Assembly: GCA_040755235.1 (NCBI GenBank)
Contig: JBFMBJ010000002.1
Coordinates: forward strand, 1 to 46,743
From: Candidatus Omnitrophota bacterium
Lineage (GTDB): Bacteria > Omnitrophota > Gorgyraeia > Gygaellales > JBFMBJ01
Length of the DNA: 46,743 bases
Direction: 5' to 3'
Position numbers and translations under genes: made by a program. Each line of letters opens with the position of its first letter. The stretch's first letter is position 1. Positions 18,741 through 28,259 of this stretch are shown one piece after another. Below the pieces are notes generated by a model. The model did no database searches. It worked only from the letters and a program-made list of their open reading frames with translations, and was not told where the DNA came from.

Positions 18741-20511
18741 ATGGCTTTAATTTAAAAAATTCTTTATACTCCTTTGACTTCTCAAGTAACTCGTTGTGTC
18801 GGCCTACGCGCATAATAGTAGGACTCTGAAAAAAATATACTAAATCCATAGCCTGTATCGTAGTCAACCTATGTGAAACCACTATAATAGTGGAGTCATA
18901 AAATTTTCTCTTTATTAATTCAATTATTTCCATCTCTGAAGCTGGATCTAAGGAAGACAACGCTTCATCTAAGATTAAAACCTGTGGCTTTTTTATGATG
19001 GCGCGGGCAATAGCGATGCGCTGTTTTTGTCCTTGAGAAATTTTATAAGCATTTTCACCCACTACTGTATCAAAATCCTGAGGAAGCGACTCAACGAAAG
19101 TCGATGCTCCTACGATTTGCGTCGCCTCAATAATATCTTTTTGAGAAATATCCCTTAAGGCATAAGAGATATTATTAGAGATGCTATCATCAAAAAGAAA
19201 TGGCTCTTGCAAAGCAACGCCAAAATTACCAAGTAGATATTTTGAATCTATATCACCTAACTCATTATTGCCAATTATTATTGTTCCTCCTTTTGGTTTA
19301 TAAAGGCCCAATACTAAATTTAAGAGGGTTGTCTTACCGCATCCGGAGTAACCCACCAAACCGATATGCGAACCGGCGTCAACACTAAAACTCATATTCT
19401 TTAGGAGTTCTCTATCGGGCTGATAAGCAAAACTTACGTTTTTAAATTCAATCTTTCTGATATCAACTGGCCGAGCCAAATCTCGAGGGCTGCGCTTCCT
19501 AGTAACTGATTTATCAAATAAACTTGCTACCCTTTCTAAGGAAACTTTATTAAGCACCAATTCTTCACTCATGTTGATTAAAGTAGAGTAGGCGACAATG
19601 CCTTGCGAGATATAGAGTAAAGTTGCCACCATAGTGCCAAAGGTAATATTCCCCTTTAGCACCAGATAAGCTGCATAAAACGCTAGAATTCCAAAAAATA
19701 TTTTATCCACAAATGAAACTAGAAAATTGGAAATGCCTCTTAGGCGCGCTTCTTTCATATCCAATCTAATCAAATCAAGCAAGTTGTGCATATAATTTGT
19801 TATCTCTCTGCCAATAGTGGCAAATGCCTTCATAAGATAAATATGCGAAAAGAAATTATTAAGAGCGCGATAAATATCTTCCCCTCTCTCTAAGCCTAAT
19901 CTTTTTAATTCCTCGAGAGGTTTTACTAATAATTTCATTCTGGCTATAACTAAAAATTGATAAACAAGGACAATCAACAAAAAGACAGGGTTAATTATAA
20001 TTATAATAATTGTTATAAAAATTATTCTTAAAACAGCATTTATAAGATGGACTAAAGTAACATTTATTATCGTGGCTACGCTAGTAATATCATTGGTTAT
20101 CCGGAATATGTTCCTCGCCATTGGACTTTCTTGCAATTGGCTAAAATCAGAATCTCTAAGTCTCTTAAATAAATCTCTATTAAGATCCACTTCTACTTTA
20201 GCAAGTGCATAATTTTTTAAATAATCAAATGTGATGCTAAAGATAATGCCTAAGAGAAAAACTACAACCGCCAAAAGGCTGTAGGCAAATAATGCATTGA
20301 GGTCTTTAGCAAATATGCCTTTGTCCAAAATTAACTTGCCAAGATAGGGATTAAGCAAAGCAAGCCCCATTGAGAGATTCCCTAAAATCATAATTGAAAG
20401 CTCTAACTTCCAATATCGAAATATATATTTATTAAAGCGCCAAAAAAATTTTAAGGCTTCGTTGATATCCTTTAATACTAATATCTTTCTTTTGGAATCG
20501 ATAAAACTCAT
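18724..20511 (-). CDS. ABC exporter with fused permease and ATPase; no C39 peptidase domain
   Basis: 595 aa. The N-terminal half has six TM segments. Walker A is GYSGCGKTT, the signature is ISQGQKQR, and Walker B is VLILDEA. Confidence 0.85.
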   Translation of the reverse strand: MSFIDSKRKILVLKDINEALKFFWRFNKYIFRYWKLELSIMILGNLSMGLALLNPYLGKLILDKGIFAKDLNALFAYSLLAVVVFLLGIIFSITFDYLKNYALAKVEVDLNRDLFKRLRDSDFSQLQESPMARNIFRITNDITSVATIINVTLVHLINAVLRIIFITIIIIIINPVFLLIVLVYQFLVIARMKLLVKPLEELKRLGLERGEDIYRALNNFFSHIYLMKAFATIGREITNYMHNLLDLIRLDMKEARLRGISNFLVSFVDKIFFGILAFYAAYLVLKGNITFGTMVATLLYISQGIVAYSTLINMSEELVLNKVSLERVASLFDKSVTRKRSPRDLARPVDIRKIEFKNVSFAYQPDRELLKNMSFSVDAGSHIGLVGYSGCGKTTLLNLVLGLYKPKGGTIIIGNNELGDIDSKYLLGNFGVALQEPFLFDDSISNNISYALRDISQKDIIEATQIVGASTFVESLPQDFDTVVGENAYKISQGQKQRIAIARAIIKKPQVLILDEALSSLDPASEMEIIELIKRKFYDSTIIVVSHRLTTIQAMDLVYFFQSPTIMRVGRHNELLEKSKEYKEFFKLKPYGSSD

Positions 20512-20531
20512 ACCTTATTTGAGACTAAAAA

Positions 20532-21353
20532 TTAATGGATAACTGCAAAATAAATATTGCTGTCAGGATCCTTTATTAAGCTATCTACCTTAAAATCTGC
20601 CTCCTCTACCTCATTGATAAATTCCTCATTAGAATTAAACAGGTGATGAAATTCATTTGACGGCAATATCCTATCGCCTTTTTGGTATCTAAAATTTCCG
20701 AAGGAAAGAAAAGCTATTACTTTTCTTAAAATAAAAAATCTATTATTATCTTTTGGTCCCATCCCCCAAAAACTTATATATAATTTTGCACCTTCCTTTA
20801 AAGCCTTCTTCACCTCTTTAAGAAAACTTATTCTCCTTTCTCTTGTAGGTATTGAGCCGTACATACAGGAGGTAATCATAGAAAGGTCGAAAGAAAACTG
20901 CTTAAAAAAAAGGTTTGTGAAATCGCCAATTACAAATTTCATCCTGATTTCAGAACGTAGTGAATTTTCCATTGCCATATCGACCATCTCTTTAACAAAA
21001 TCAACGCCAATAACATCTATTCCAAGTTTAGCCAAAGCAATTGCCTCCCTACCGCCACCGCAGCCTAAAATCAAACATTTGTTTTTTTTGAAATTATATT
21101 TTTCTATAAATTCTTTTTCTGCATCATATAAGCCATCGCTAATTTTGTCCACCCCAAATATTTTAAGTTTTCTATCTTCGCCATAACAAGCCCTATTATA
21201 TTTAATCAAGCTCTCCGGAGTTAAAACCACAGCAAACAATGATTTCAGGAAACCTTTTAGCTTCGATAAAAAAGTATCCAGCAGAGAAATCGGTAATTTC
21301 AATAAATCCAATATCCTTATAAACAAATTTAAAAGTTTAATTTTTAGTCCCAT
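20532..21353 (-). CDS. Class I SAM-dependent methyltransferase
   Basis: 273 aa. Motif I is ILGCGGGREAIALA, followed by GVDF. Confidence 0.7.
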   Translation of the reverse strand: MGLKIKLLNLFIRILDLLKLPISLLDTFLSKLKGFLKSLFAVVLTPESLIKYNRACYGEDRKLKIFGVDKISDGLYDAEKEFIEKYNFKKNKCLILGCGGGREAIALAKLGIDVIGVDFVKEMVDMAMENSLRSEIRMKFVIGDFTNLFFKQFSFDLSMITSCMYGSIPTRERRISFLKEVKKALKEGAKLYISFWGMGPKDNNRFFILRKVIAFLSFGNFRYQKGDRILPSNEFHHLFNSNEEFINEVEEADFKVDSLIKDPDSNIYFAVIH

Positions 21354-21390
21354 ATAATATTTGTTAAAATAGCCATCTCGACTATAATAA

Positions 21391-21419
21391 TTGACCTCTT
21401 ATTTTGCCTATGTTAATAT
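21391..21419 (+). promoter_or_regulatory. Sigma70-like promoter candidate for the plus-strand PqqD and HprK-like pair
   Basis: TTGACC (21391-21396), a 17-nt spacer, then TAATAT (21414-21419). This is about 20 nt upstream of the ATG at 21440, which has an AGGA Shine-Dalgarno (SD) sequence. Chance matches are possible in AT-rich DNA. Confidence 0.4.
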
Positions 21420-21439
21420 AATTATGTGAGATAGGAAAA

Positions 21440-21724
21440 ATGGAAAAACTAAAACAAAAATATAATTTAAAGTACGAAAATATTGTCTGGGCAAAGGTAG
21501 GCAGAAAATATTTAGTAGTCTTGCTAAATAAAAAAGATATAAAAGACTCACTTTTCACAACAAATAAGTGTAGTATTGATATATTAGATTGGCTACTGAC
21601 TAAAAAATCTTCCGAGAAAATTATTAATCTTTTATCCAAAAAATACTCTTTAAGTCATAGACGCGCAAAAACTGACTTTTTAAAATTTATTGCTAAATTA
21701 GAAAGCCTTAAGGTTATAGATTAA
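21440..21724 (+). CDS. PqqD-family protein (RRE-type peptide chaperone)
   Basis: 94 aa. Size and pattern (VGRKYLVVLLNKK...FTTNKCSIDILDWLL...IINLLSKKYSLS...DFLKFIAKLESLKVI) fit the PqqD fold. Confidence 0.65.
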   Translation: MEKLKQKYNLKYENIVWAKVGRKYLVVLLNKKDIKDSLFTTNKCSIDILDWLLTKKSSEKIINLLSKKYSLSHRRAKTDFLKFIAKLESLKVID

Positions 21725-21731
21725 TCTAAAA

Positions 21732-22640
21732 ATGTATAGTAAAGATATTTATCTACATAATATAAAATTAAATTTTAATTGTAATAACTATAAAATCTTT
21801 AAAGATTTTTGCGAGCAGCTTAATTTTCCCAGATTTAGGCAATATAAAAAATATATCAAAGTCAAAATTAATCTTTCTTTAGTTGCTGCTATATCTACCG
21901 ATGAACGAGCTGATATTTTTAATACAGAAGCAAAAAATTTTAATCTAAATTGCTGGATAAAAAATATATCTTTAAAACTCGAGCGTAAAACTAATACAAT
22001 TAACGCGCAATTAATTTATCCAACTCACCTATCAATAGATAATTTGCTGCATCTAATAGTAATCGCCCCGTTAAGAAGAATTTTACAAAAATATAATATA
22101 TTTTTACTCCATGCAGGAGTGGTTTCAAAGAATGATAAAACCATATTGCTCTTTGCTGGCCCGGGCAGAGGAAAAAGCACGCTAACAACTTCCTTCCTCT
22201 TGGCTGGTTACGACGTTCTTTCAGATGAGTTCGCTATCTATAAGGACAAAAAGGTATTTAGCTTTCCCATAAAAATAAAATTAGATAGAAAAACTCTTCT
22301 TTGTCTAAAATGGAACAGAACACTAAGGCCGTGTTTCTACGTTAAGGATTTTTCCTCTTCCCAAGTTATTGAATTTAGCAAGCCCCTGTTGAGTTTATTC
22401 CTGCGCCAGGCAACAGAAAGTTTGAGAATTCCTCGCTTCAGTATGCTTGATCCTCTGGATGCCTTTAGATTTTTAGCACGTGACAAAGTAAATAGCCTTA
22501 CTTACGAAAAAGACCCATTGTTACGCAGACGCCAGCTTGATGCATTAGCTAATATAGCCCAGAAAACAAGATGCTATACCATAATTTATAATTTAAAACA
22601 TATAAAACAGATTCCCAAGATAGTTCAAGAAATTATCTAA
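21732..22640 (+). CDS. HPr-kinase-related P-loop protein
   Basis: 302 aa. LLHAGVVSKNDKTILLFAGPGRGKSTLTTSFLLAGYDVLSDEF parallels the HprK/P catalytic core (H-G...G.SG.GKS...G..L..D). Confidence 0.65.
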   Translation: MYSKDIYLHNIKLNFNCNNYKIFKDFCEQLNFPRFRQYKKYIKVKINLSLVAAISTDERADIFNTEAKNFNLNCWIKNISLKLERKTNTINAQLIYPTHLSIDNLLHLIVIAPLRRILQKYNIFLLHAGVVSKNDKTILLFAGPGRGKSTLTTSFLLAGYDVLSDEFAIYKDKKVFSFPIKIKLDRKTLLCLKWNRTLRPCFYVKDFSSSQVIEFSKPLLSLFLRQATESLRIPRFSMLDPLDAFRFLARDKVNSLTYEKDPLLRRRQLDALANIAQKTRCYTIIYNLKHIKQIPKIVQEII

Positions 22641-22651
22641 AAATCCTCTTT

Positions 22652-24313
22652 CTAATACTTCCTGAAAATTAAATCGAGAAAGGTCTCAACGGTTTTAAAT
22701 AGGAATGCTGACAACCTCAAAAAATAGGCTTTCATTAGAACAAAACCACTACTTTTTAACTTGAATCTTTCTTTCATATAATTTTTTGGAGGAAATATAA
22801 TTTTTAATAAGTATCTTAAGTAGACAATAAATCTTTTAAGTCTTAGACTAAATTTGCCACAGAAAAGAACTAAAATAAATTCAAACGGAATTTTTGCCCT
22901 AAATGTAGGACCTTCTTTGTTAAGCGAGATGGCATCCCTATCCCAAAAAAACTCAAATAATTTCGCTCTGATAAAATTTGGCTTTATCTTTAATAATATT
23001 TCCTCTGGCAAATTTGCACCCATTAATTTAGAGGTCAAATGCAGACTGTAATAGACTAAAGTAGCTAAGTCGCACCTTTTAATAAGATTTAAAAAATCTT
23101 CCCAATTAAGTGAATAGCGAAATTTATTGATTATTTCTTTTATATCATAAAACCAGATAAAACCGCTGAAATTATGTCTGGCAAGGTTAACACATGCTAA
23201 TAGAAGCGTATTCTCTAAAGAAGGAAAATATACTTTCAAATTATTTAAATTTATAGGCCTGGCATTTTGCCAGAAACAATAGTCAAAATAAGGGAAATCT
23301 ATCGCCCATATATTTGATTTTAATTCTAATCTTATGCCATCCATATGAAAATCTATATGATTATCTAAATATCTTAAAGGCAGTTTATTATAATTTCTTT
23401 CTAAAGCCCTCATCCTAAAGCCTAAGGCAAATATAGTGTGGCAAGCCCTAAGCCAATCCTCTTCTTTTACTAATAAATCAATATCTCCCATCCATCTATA
23501 GGAGCTATCGCGATAAAGCTCTATACCTACCTGGGCACCCTTTAAAATAAGTACATCAATTTTTTGTCTGTTAAATTCATTTAATAATCTATAGAGGGCA
23601 TCCCTCACCCTTACATCATGCACAAGTTGTAATCTATTCATATTCTCTAATTCGTCCTGGATCTTTTCTGGCAAAAATCCTATAATGCCTAAATCAGTTA
23701 AGGTCTTTATGAAAATATGGCTAAAAAAATTGAACTTAACTCTATTTGCTATATACTGCCAATCAAGATTTTCTCTAAATAAATTAGATAGCTCTAATCT
23801 TTCGCTATCGCTAAGAGCGTTTTTTATGGATAATCTTAAGATTTTTCTCTCATTAACAAAATCATATTTTTTATAAGTAATTTTTCTAAATAAGACTCTT
23901 GGATAAGAAATAAAAAAATAGAAAAGATTTTTAAATCTGCCTCTCGAGGTATCAAAAGATAATATTTTCTCATCTCGCTTAAGTTTAGTAACCCTGCCGA
24001 CTATATTATCTTCTGCGACAGGCTTGTCAAACTCAAGAAAGTTATCAGCCTTTAGAATAAAAAATTCTTTTTTGCCAATTCTTCTCTTTAAAATAAACCT
24101 ATGGACGATAAAATGGCTGTTATGTCGATAAACCACTAAGTCTCCAAAGCTAATTTTCCTTTCCTTCTCAAAGAATACTTCATCGCCTTCCTTAAGTAGC
24201 GGCATCATTGATTGTCCTTTATATTTAAGAAAAGGCTTTCTGCCCTCTTGAACTGAATCTATATAAAGCTCTTTTGCTAATATTTCTATTTTCTGATGGT
24301 CTGTTTTTATCAT
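22652..24313 (-). CDS. Second fusion of an S26 (SipW/ER-type) peptidase-like domain to an NTP_transf_5-like nucleotidyltransferase
   Basis: 553 aa, a paralogue of 17022-18740. Peptidase boxes are KGQSMMP, VHRFI and LKADN, followed by WMGDIDLLVKEED. Confidence 0.65.
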   Translation of the reverse strand: MIKTDHQKIEILAKELYIDSVQEGRKPFLKYKGQSMMPLLKEGDEVFFEKERKISFGDLVVYRHNSHFIVHRFILKRRIGKKEFFILKADNFLEFDKPVAEDNIVGRVTKLKRDEKILSFDTSRGRFKNLFYFFISYPRVLFRKITYKKYDFVNERKILRLSIKNALSDSERLELSNLFRENLDWQYIANRVKFNFFSHIFIKTLTDLGIIGFLPEKIQDELENMNRLQLVHDVRVRDALYRLLNEFNRQKIDVLILKGAQVGIELYRDSSYRWMGDIDLLVKEEDWLRACHTIFALGFRMRALERNYNKLPLRYLDNHIDFHMDGIRLELKSNIWAIDFPYFDYCFWQNARPINLNNLKVYFPSLENTLLLACVNLARHNFSGFIWFYDIKEIINKFRYSLNWEDFLNLIKRCDLATLVYYSLHLTSKLMGANLPEEILLKIKPNFIRAKLFEFFWDRDAISLNKEGPTFRAKIPFEFILVLFCGKFSLRLKRFIVYLRYLLKIIFPPKNYMKERFKLKSSGFVLMKAYFLRLSAFLFKTVETFLDLIFRKY

Positions 24314-25483
24314 CTAACTAAATATTGGAAAATAGATGCTATCAATATCTGAAATATTATCTTTTAGTCTCTGGTAGCAATTTTGGCAAGAAACAAATAA
24401 ATCGCCTTTCTTAAAACTTTCTCTTAATTTCTGATAACACTGTCCGTTCCAGATTTCTTTAAATGTCTGCTTGGCTACATTGCCCATCAACAGCCCTCTT
24501 CTATTAGGCGCGCAACAAGGAAAGACATCGCCGTTTAGTTCAATAAAACTTGAAGACCAAAGAAATCTACAGATAGGCTCTGATAAAGAACTTACATCTT
24601 TTGTAATTGACTCTGACTTATTTGAAAATAAAGGTGGAAAATCATAAGTATCTAAGCCATATTTATCAATTAGATCTCTTGATTCTATTAAATATCTATT
24701 AGCCAATTCCTTATGATATATAAGAGACTCACTACGCATTCTCTCATTAAACACAATCATATGGCATAACCCTATTGCATCGGCTTTCAAATTATGAGCC
24801 AACTTTATAAACTCAGGCAATTCTTCGATATTGCTACGCATCAAGGTAAGCCAGAACACTAAGCGCGGCTTTCTGTCATTATCTAAACTATCTTGGTGAG
24901 AATTGAATCTTTTTATGTTACTTAAGACAGCCTTAAAATCAGCACCTTTGCGTATGCGCTCATATGTTCTTTTAGTAGCCCCGTCAAAAGACACAATTAA
25001 AGTTGAAAGATTATTAAGTAGACTTAATAAGGTCTTTCCTTTTGGTAGAAGTGTTGCATTAGTAAATATCACCAATTTAACTTTATAATTTTCAATTAAT
25101 TCTAACTCCTTTATAAAGTGCGGGTTCATAAATGGTTCTCCTGCAATGCTCAAGGTCAAAGAAAATAAATAAGGGAATGTTTCGCGGCAAATTTTTTCAA
25201 AAAGCTCAAAATCCATAAGTGTCTTATTCCTGTGATGAGCATATAATTTAACAAGGTCTCTCGTTAAAGGAAATCTTTTCAAGAATGGCTTTGGACCTTT
25301 GTCAAAGAAATTTCTGGTGCGATGGCACATTATGCAGTTCAAATTACACCTCGTAGTATCAGAAATTGTCAAAGACAAAGGCATGCTCTCGCAAGTAGGG
25401 CTTTTAACTTCTGTCTCACTTAAATATAGTTGCCGATTCTTAATCTTTAAAGCTATATCGTAATCTAATTGATTAATTTGCAT
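24314..25483 (-). CDS. Radical SAM enzyme with a Cys-rich (SPASM/twitch-like) C-terminus
   Basis: 389 aa. The cluster motif is TTRCNLNCIMCH. C-terminal cysteines lie in CRFLW...GDVFPCC...VSCQNCY. Confidence 0.75.
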   Translation of the reverse strand: MQINQLDYDIALKIKNRQLYLSETEVKSPTCESMPLSLTISDTTRCNLNCIMCHRTRNFFDKGPKPFLKRFPLTRDLVKLYAHHRNKTLMDFELFEKICRETFPYLFSLTLSIAGEPFMNPHFIKELELIENYKVKLVIFTNATLLPKGKTLLSLLNNLSTLIVSFDGATKRTYERIRKGADFKAVLSNIKRFNSHQDSLDNDRKPRLVFWLTLMRSNIEELPEFIKLAHNLKADAIGLCHMIVFNERMRSESLIYHKELANRYLIESRDLIDKYGLDTYDFPPLFSNKSESITKDVSSLSEPICRFLWSSSFIELNGDVFPCCAPNRRGLLMGNVAKQTFKEIWNGQCYQKLRESFKKGDLFVSCQNCYQRLKDNISDIDSIYFPIFS

Positions 25484-26648
25484 TGTTTAAAATCTTTTGA
25501 TAAATTTTTAAATATTCTTTAGATAAATTTTTCCAACTAAAATTTCCTGCCTCAATTTTTTTCCTTGCATTTTCTCCTAAGGTCTTTCTTAAATCCTCAT
25601 CAATTAAAAGTCTTTTTATACCTTCTGAAAGCGCTTTATCACTGCAGGGCTTAACTAATAAGCCAGTTACCCCGTCTTCGATTACCTCTGGCACTCCTCC
25701 TACCTTAGTAGCAACCACAGCCTTTCCGGCTGCCATTGCTTCTAAATTTACTATGCCGAAAGGTTCGATTCGCGAAGGCATAACAAAAAAAAGGCAATTT
25801 TTAAAAAGGTTAACTGTCTCGCTTCTATTAACCAAACCAAAGAACATCACTTTTCCATCAAGATTTAGTAATTCTTTAAATTCTCTATATATTGGCATTG
25901 CCGGACCATCTCCGGCTATTACTAAATTTATATTAAAACCGCTATCTAGGACATCTTTAAAAGCAAGGAGTGCCAAATCGAAACCTTTATAGGGAGAATC
26001 TAGTCTACCTAAACAAAGTATATATGGAAAATTTATTAGTGCTGAACCATTTTGGTCAAACTCTCTTAGATCTATACCATTATGTATAACAGTTGATTTT
26101 GTCTTTAGTTCTGGGGCTGTCTCTATTGCGCTATTAAGGAAATCTCTGGAGCAGGCAGTTATAAAACTTGCCCTCTTTAGAATTAGTCTGTAAATAATTT
26201 TAACAATAAATGCGCGGTTTCCTTTTAAGAAAGGAATGACATGATCGTGAAAACCCTGCAAAGTAATTATAAACTTTAATGGCAGGAAAAAAGAAAGTAT
26301 ATAGAGACAAAAAGCATTTAAACCTTCGTAATGAACATTTATGATTTGAATTTTATTCTTTTTTAATATCTTACTTAATTCTATTAGCGTCTTTGGCAGG
26401 CTAAAGGAAAGTTTTACAAGGTCAATTAAGCATTTAAATCCCTTTCCGGGCAATATTAAAAATGGAACATATAATCTATACACCTCTATTCCATCAACAA
26501 CCTCAAATGGCTTATATTTCTTTACTGTTAATACAACGATTATTGCCTTGTGAAGTTGGTTAGTAAATTCCTTAGCTAAGCCCCTAACTGTCTGTTCACT
26601 ACCGCCTACATCAGGTAAATAAGAATGTGTAACTATTGCTATATTCAT
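25473..26648 (-). CDS. GT4 glycosyltransferase
   Basis: 391 aa. N-terminal IAIVTHSYLPDVGGSE and the EX7E region EPFGIVNLEAMAAGKAVVATKVGGVPEVI. Confidence 0.85.
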   Translation of the reverse strand: MNIAIVTHSYLPDVGGSEQTVRGLAKEFTNQLHKAIIVVLTVKKYKPFEVVDGIEVYRLYVPFLILPGKGFKCLIDLVKLSFSLPKTLIELSKILKKNKIQIINVHYEGLNAFCLYILSFFLPLKFIITLQGFHDHVIPFLKGNRAFIVKIIYRLILKRASFITACSRDFLNSAIETAPELKTKSTVIHNGIDLREFDQNGSALINFPYILCLGRLDSPYKGFDLALLAFKDVLDSGFNINLVIAGDGPAMPIYREFKELLNLDGKVMFFGLVNRSETVNLFKNCLFFVMPSRIEPFGIVNLEAMAAGKAVVATKVGGVPEVIEDGVTGLLVKPCSDKALSEGIKRLLIDEDLRKTLGENARKKIEAGNFSWKNLSKEYLKIYQKILNNAN

Positions 26649-26657
26649 AGGATAATT

Positions 26658-27932
26658 TTATTTTGCCGGCGCTAATGCAAAATTGACAGAATGCGAAGAA
26701 ACCAGGCTTAAAATTTCTTCATTAGAAATGTTTTTAATTGGTCGGAATTCCTCATCACTGTAAAAGTAATAATAAGACTCCCACGCTCCGGCGCAAAATG
26801 TCTTTAATCTGCATTCTAGGCATTTTACAGAAAGCCGTAGCCCAGAACTTTTATATCTATGATATAGGCATCCCCCGTCGGCGTGAGAAAAATTAGTAGC
26901 TAAAACTTCGTATCTGCGGTTTATGAAATATTTCCAGTATCGGCTTTTAAATAAACATAAAGGAAACGAAGTAATTCTTACTTTTAAATTTTTTTCAATA
27001 AGGACATCTAAGGCATCCTGAATATATATAGCTGTATCTTTCAGCTTAACTCCGAGAGTTTGGATATTCTTGGCAGCATTGCCTACGTATACCAAAGATT
27101 CAAAAGCAACTCCACCAATGCCTTCGCCAGCTAAGAATTGTGCTGTGGCTTTTAAGTCTTTATAATTTTTTCTATTTATTATAAGTATAATATCAAAATT
27201 CTTAAAGCCAAGCGCCATTAAGTTCCTTATCCCACTAACAGTTTCTTTAAAGCTTCCCTGTCTCTGTGTAAGGGAATCGTGTATTTGAGCAATATGGCTG
27301 TTTAGGCAAACAATCATACCATCAAGCCCAGAGTCTATTATTTCTTTGGCAAAATTTCTATAAGAGAATCTTCTCCCATTTGTCAATAGCCAAGCAGAAA
27401 GATTTCTTTTCTTGGAGAACTCTATTAGATGCTCCAGTCCTTTGAATAAGGTGGGTTCTCCGCCTCCAAAGTGAATCTCTCTGTATTCGCTACTTAAATC
27501 TTCTATCATATGCTCTAACTCATTTAGGGAAAAATTCTTTCTCTTTGTTTTTTCTCCCCCAAAGCAGTACTCGCAATTATTATTGCAATAATAATTTGTA
27601 AAACAGAAAATCTTTCCCAGATAATGCCTGCCCTCGTTAAGGACGCCTTTATCCAAGCTACGCCTCAAGGAATATCCGATCATATCTTGATATGAATATT
27701 CTGGCTGAAAATCTAATTTAACGCTGGAATCTAACATTTTTTTTCCTAAGCAGTCGCCTTGTAGAGCTGTTTTAAGGAAATCACAACGTAGCGACTCTCT
27801 ATCTGAATAATCATCGATAAATGTGGCCTTGGTTCCGTTTGAGAATCTAATCCTATTATCATATCCTACTGTAAAAGATATGTTCGAATCTGGATGGCAA
27901 TTCATATATTTTTGCTTAAGATTAATGGGCAT
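26658..27932 (-). CDS. Radical SAM/SPASM-like enzyme with a ~110-aa N-terminal extension
   Basis: 424 aa. The cluster motif is YYCNNNCEYCF, followed by GGGEPTL, and the C-terminus has KCLECRLKTFCAGAW. It overlaps the PqqD gene upstream by 11 nt. Confidence 0.75.
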   Translation of the reverse strand: MPINLKQKYMNCHPDSNISFTVGYDNRIRFSNGTKATFIDDYSDRESLRCDFLKTALQGDCLGKKMLDSSVKLDFQPEYSYQDMIGYSLRRSLDKGVLNEGRHYLGKIFCFTNYYCNNNCEYCFGGEKTKRKNFSLNELEHMIEDLSSEYREIHFGGGEPTLFKGLEHLIEFSKKRNLSAWLLTNGRRFSYRNFAKEIIDSGLDGMIVCLNSHIAQIHDSLTQRQGSFKETVSGIRNLMALGFKNFDIILIINRKNYKDLKATAQFLAGEGIGGVAFESLVYVGNAAKNIQTLGVKLKDTAIYIQDALDVLIEKNLKVRITSFPLCLFKSRYWKYFINRRYEVLATNFSHADGGCLYHRYKSSGLRLSVKCLECRLKTFCAGAWESYYYFYSDEEFRPIKNISNEEILSLVSSHSVNFALAPAK

Positions 27933-28218
27933 AATTCATTTTTAAGATGAGCTCCTCTTTCTCCAAATCACAAAGCAGAGAAATAGCATCATTTTTCAAT
28001 TCCTCAGCGCCTATTTCTAATTTAGAACCCAAATATTCAATGATTTCTCCCAAGCTTCTCTGTTGTTCAATAAATTGCCATATCAAAGTTCCTGTCTTGT
28101 TTAGGCTATAATAAAAGCCTCTTTCTAAATGCAAAACAACTGCTTCCTGATTTATCAGACGATAACTAACCTTTGCTTTATTAATTTTAAAGCAAGTATC
28201 AATCTCTATCTTTGGCAC
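27922..28218 (-). CDS. PqqD-family RRE protein
   Basis: 98 aa. GTG start with an AAGGAGA SD 7 nt upstream. The PqqD pattern is classic: QEAVVLHLERGFYYSLNKTGTLIWQFIEQQRSLGEIIEYL...DAISLLCDLEKEELI. Confidence 0.8.
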   Translation of the reverse strand: MPKIEIDTCFKINKAKVSYRLINQEAVVLHLERGFYYSLNKTGTLIWQFIEQQRSLGEIIEYLGSKLEIGAEELKNDAISLLCDLEKEELILKMNYAH

Positions 28219-28259
28219 AGCTTATTCTCCTTGGTGTTATATTGTTTATAACAAATTTT

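Noticed and set aside
21382-21639. An 85-aa minus-strand ORF antisense to the PqqD gene
   Set aside because: It is a shadow frame of a gene with a good PqqD pattern, and it spans the promoter region.
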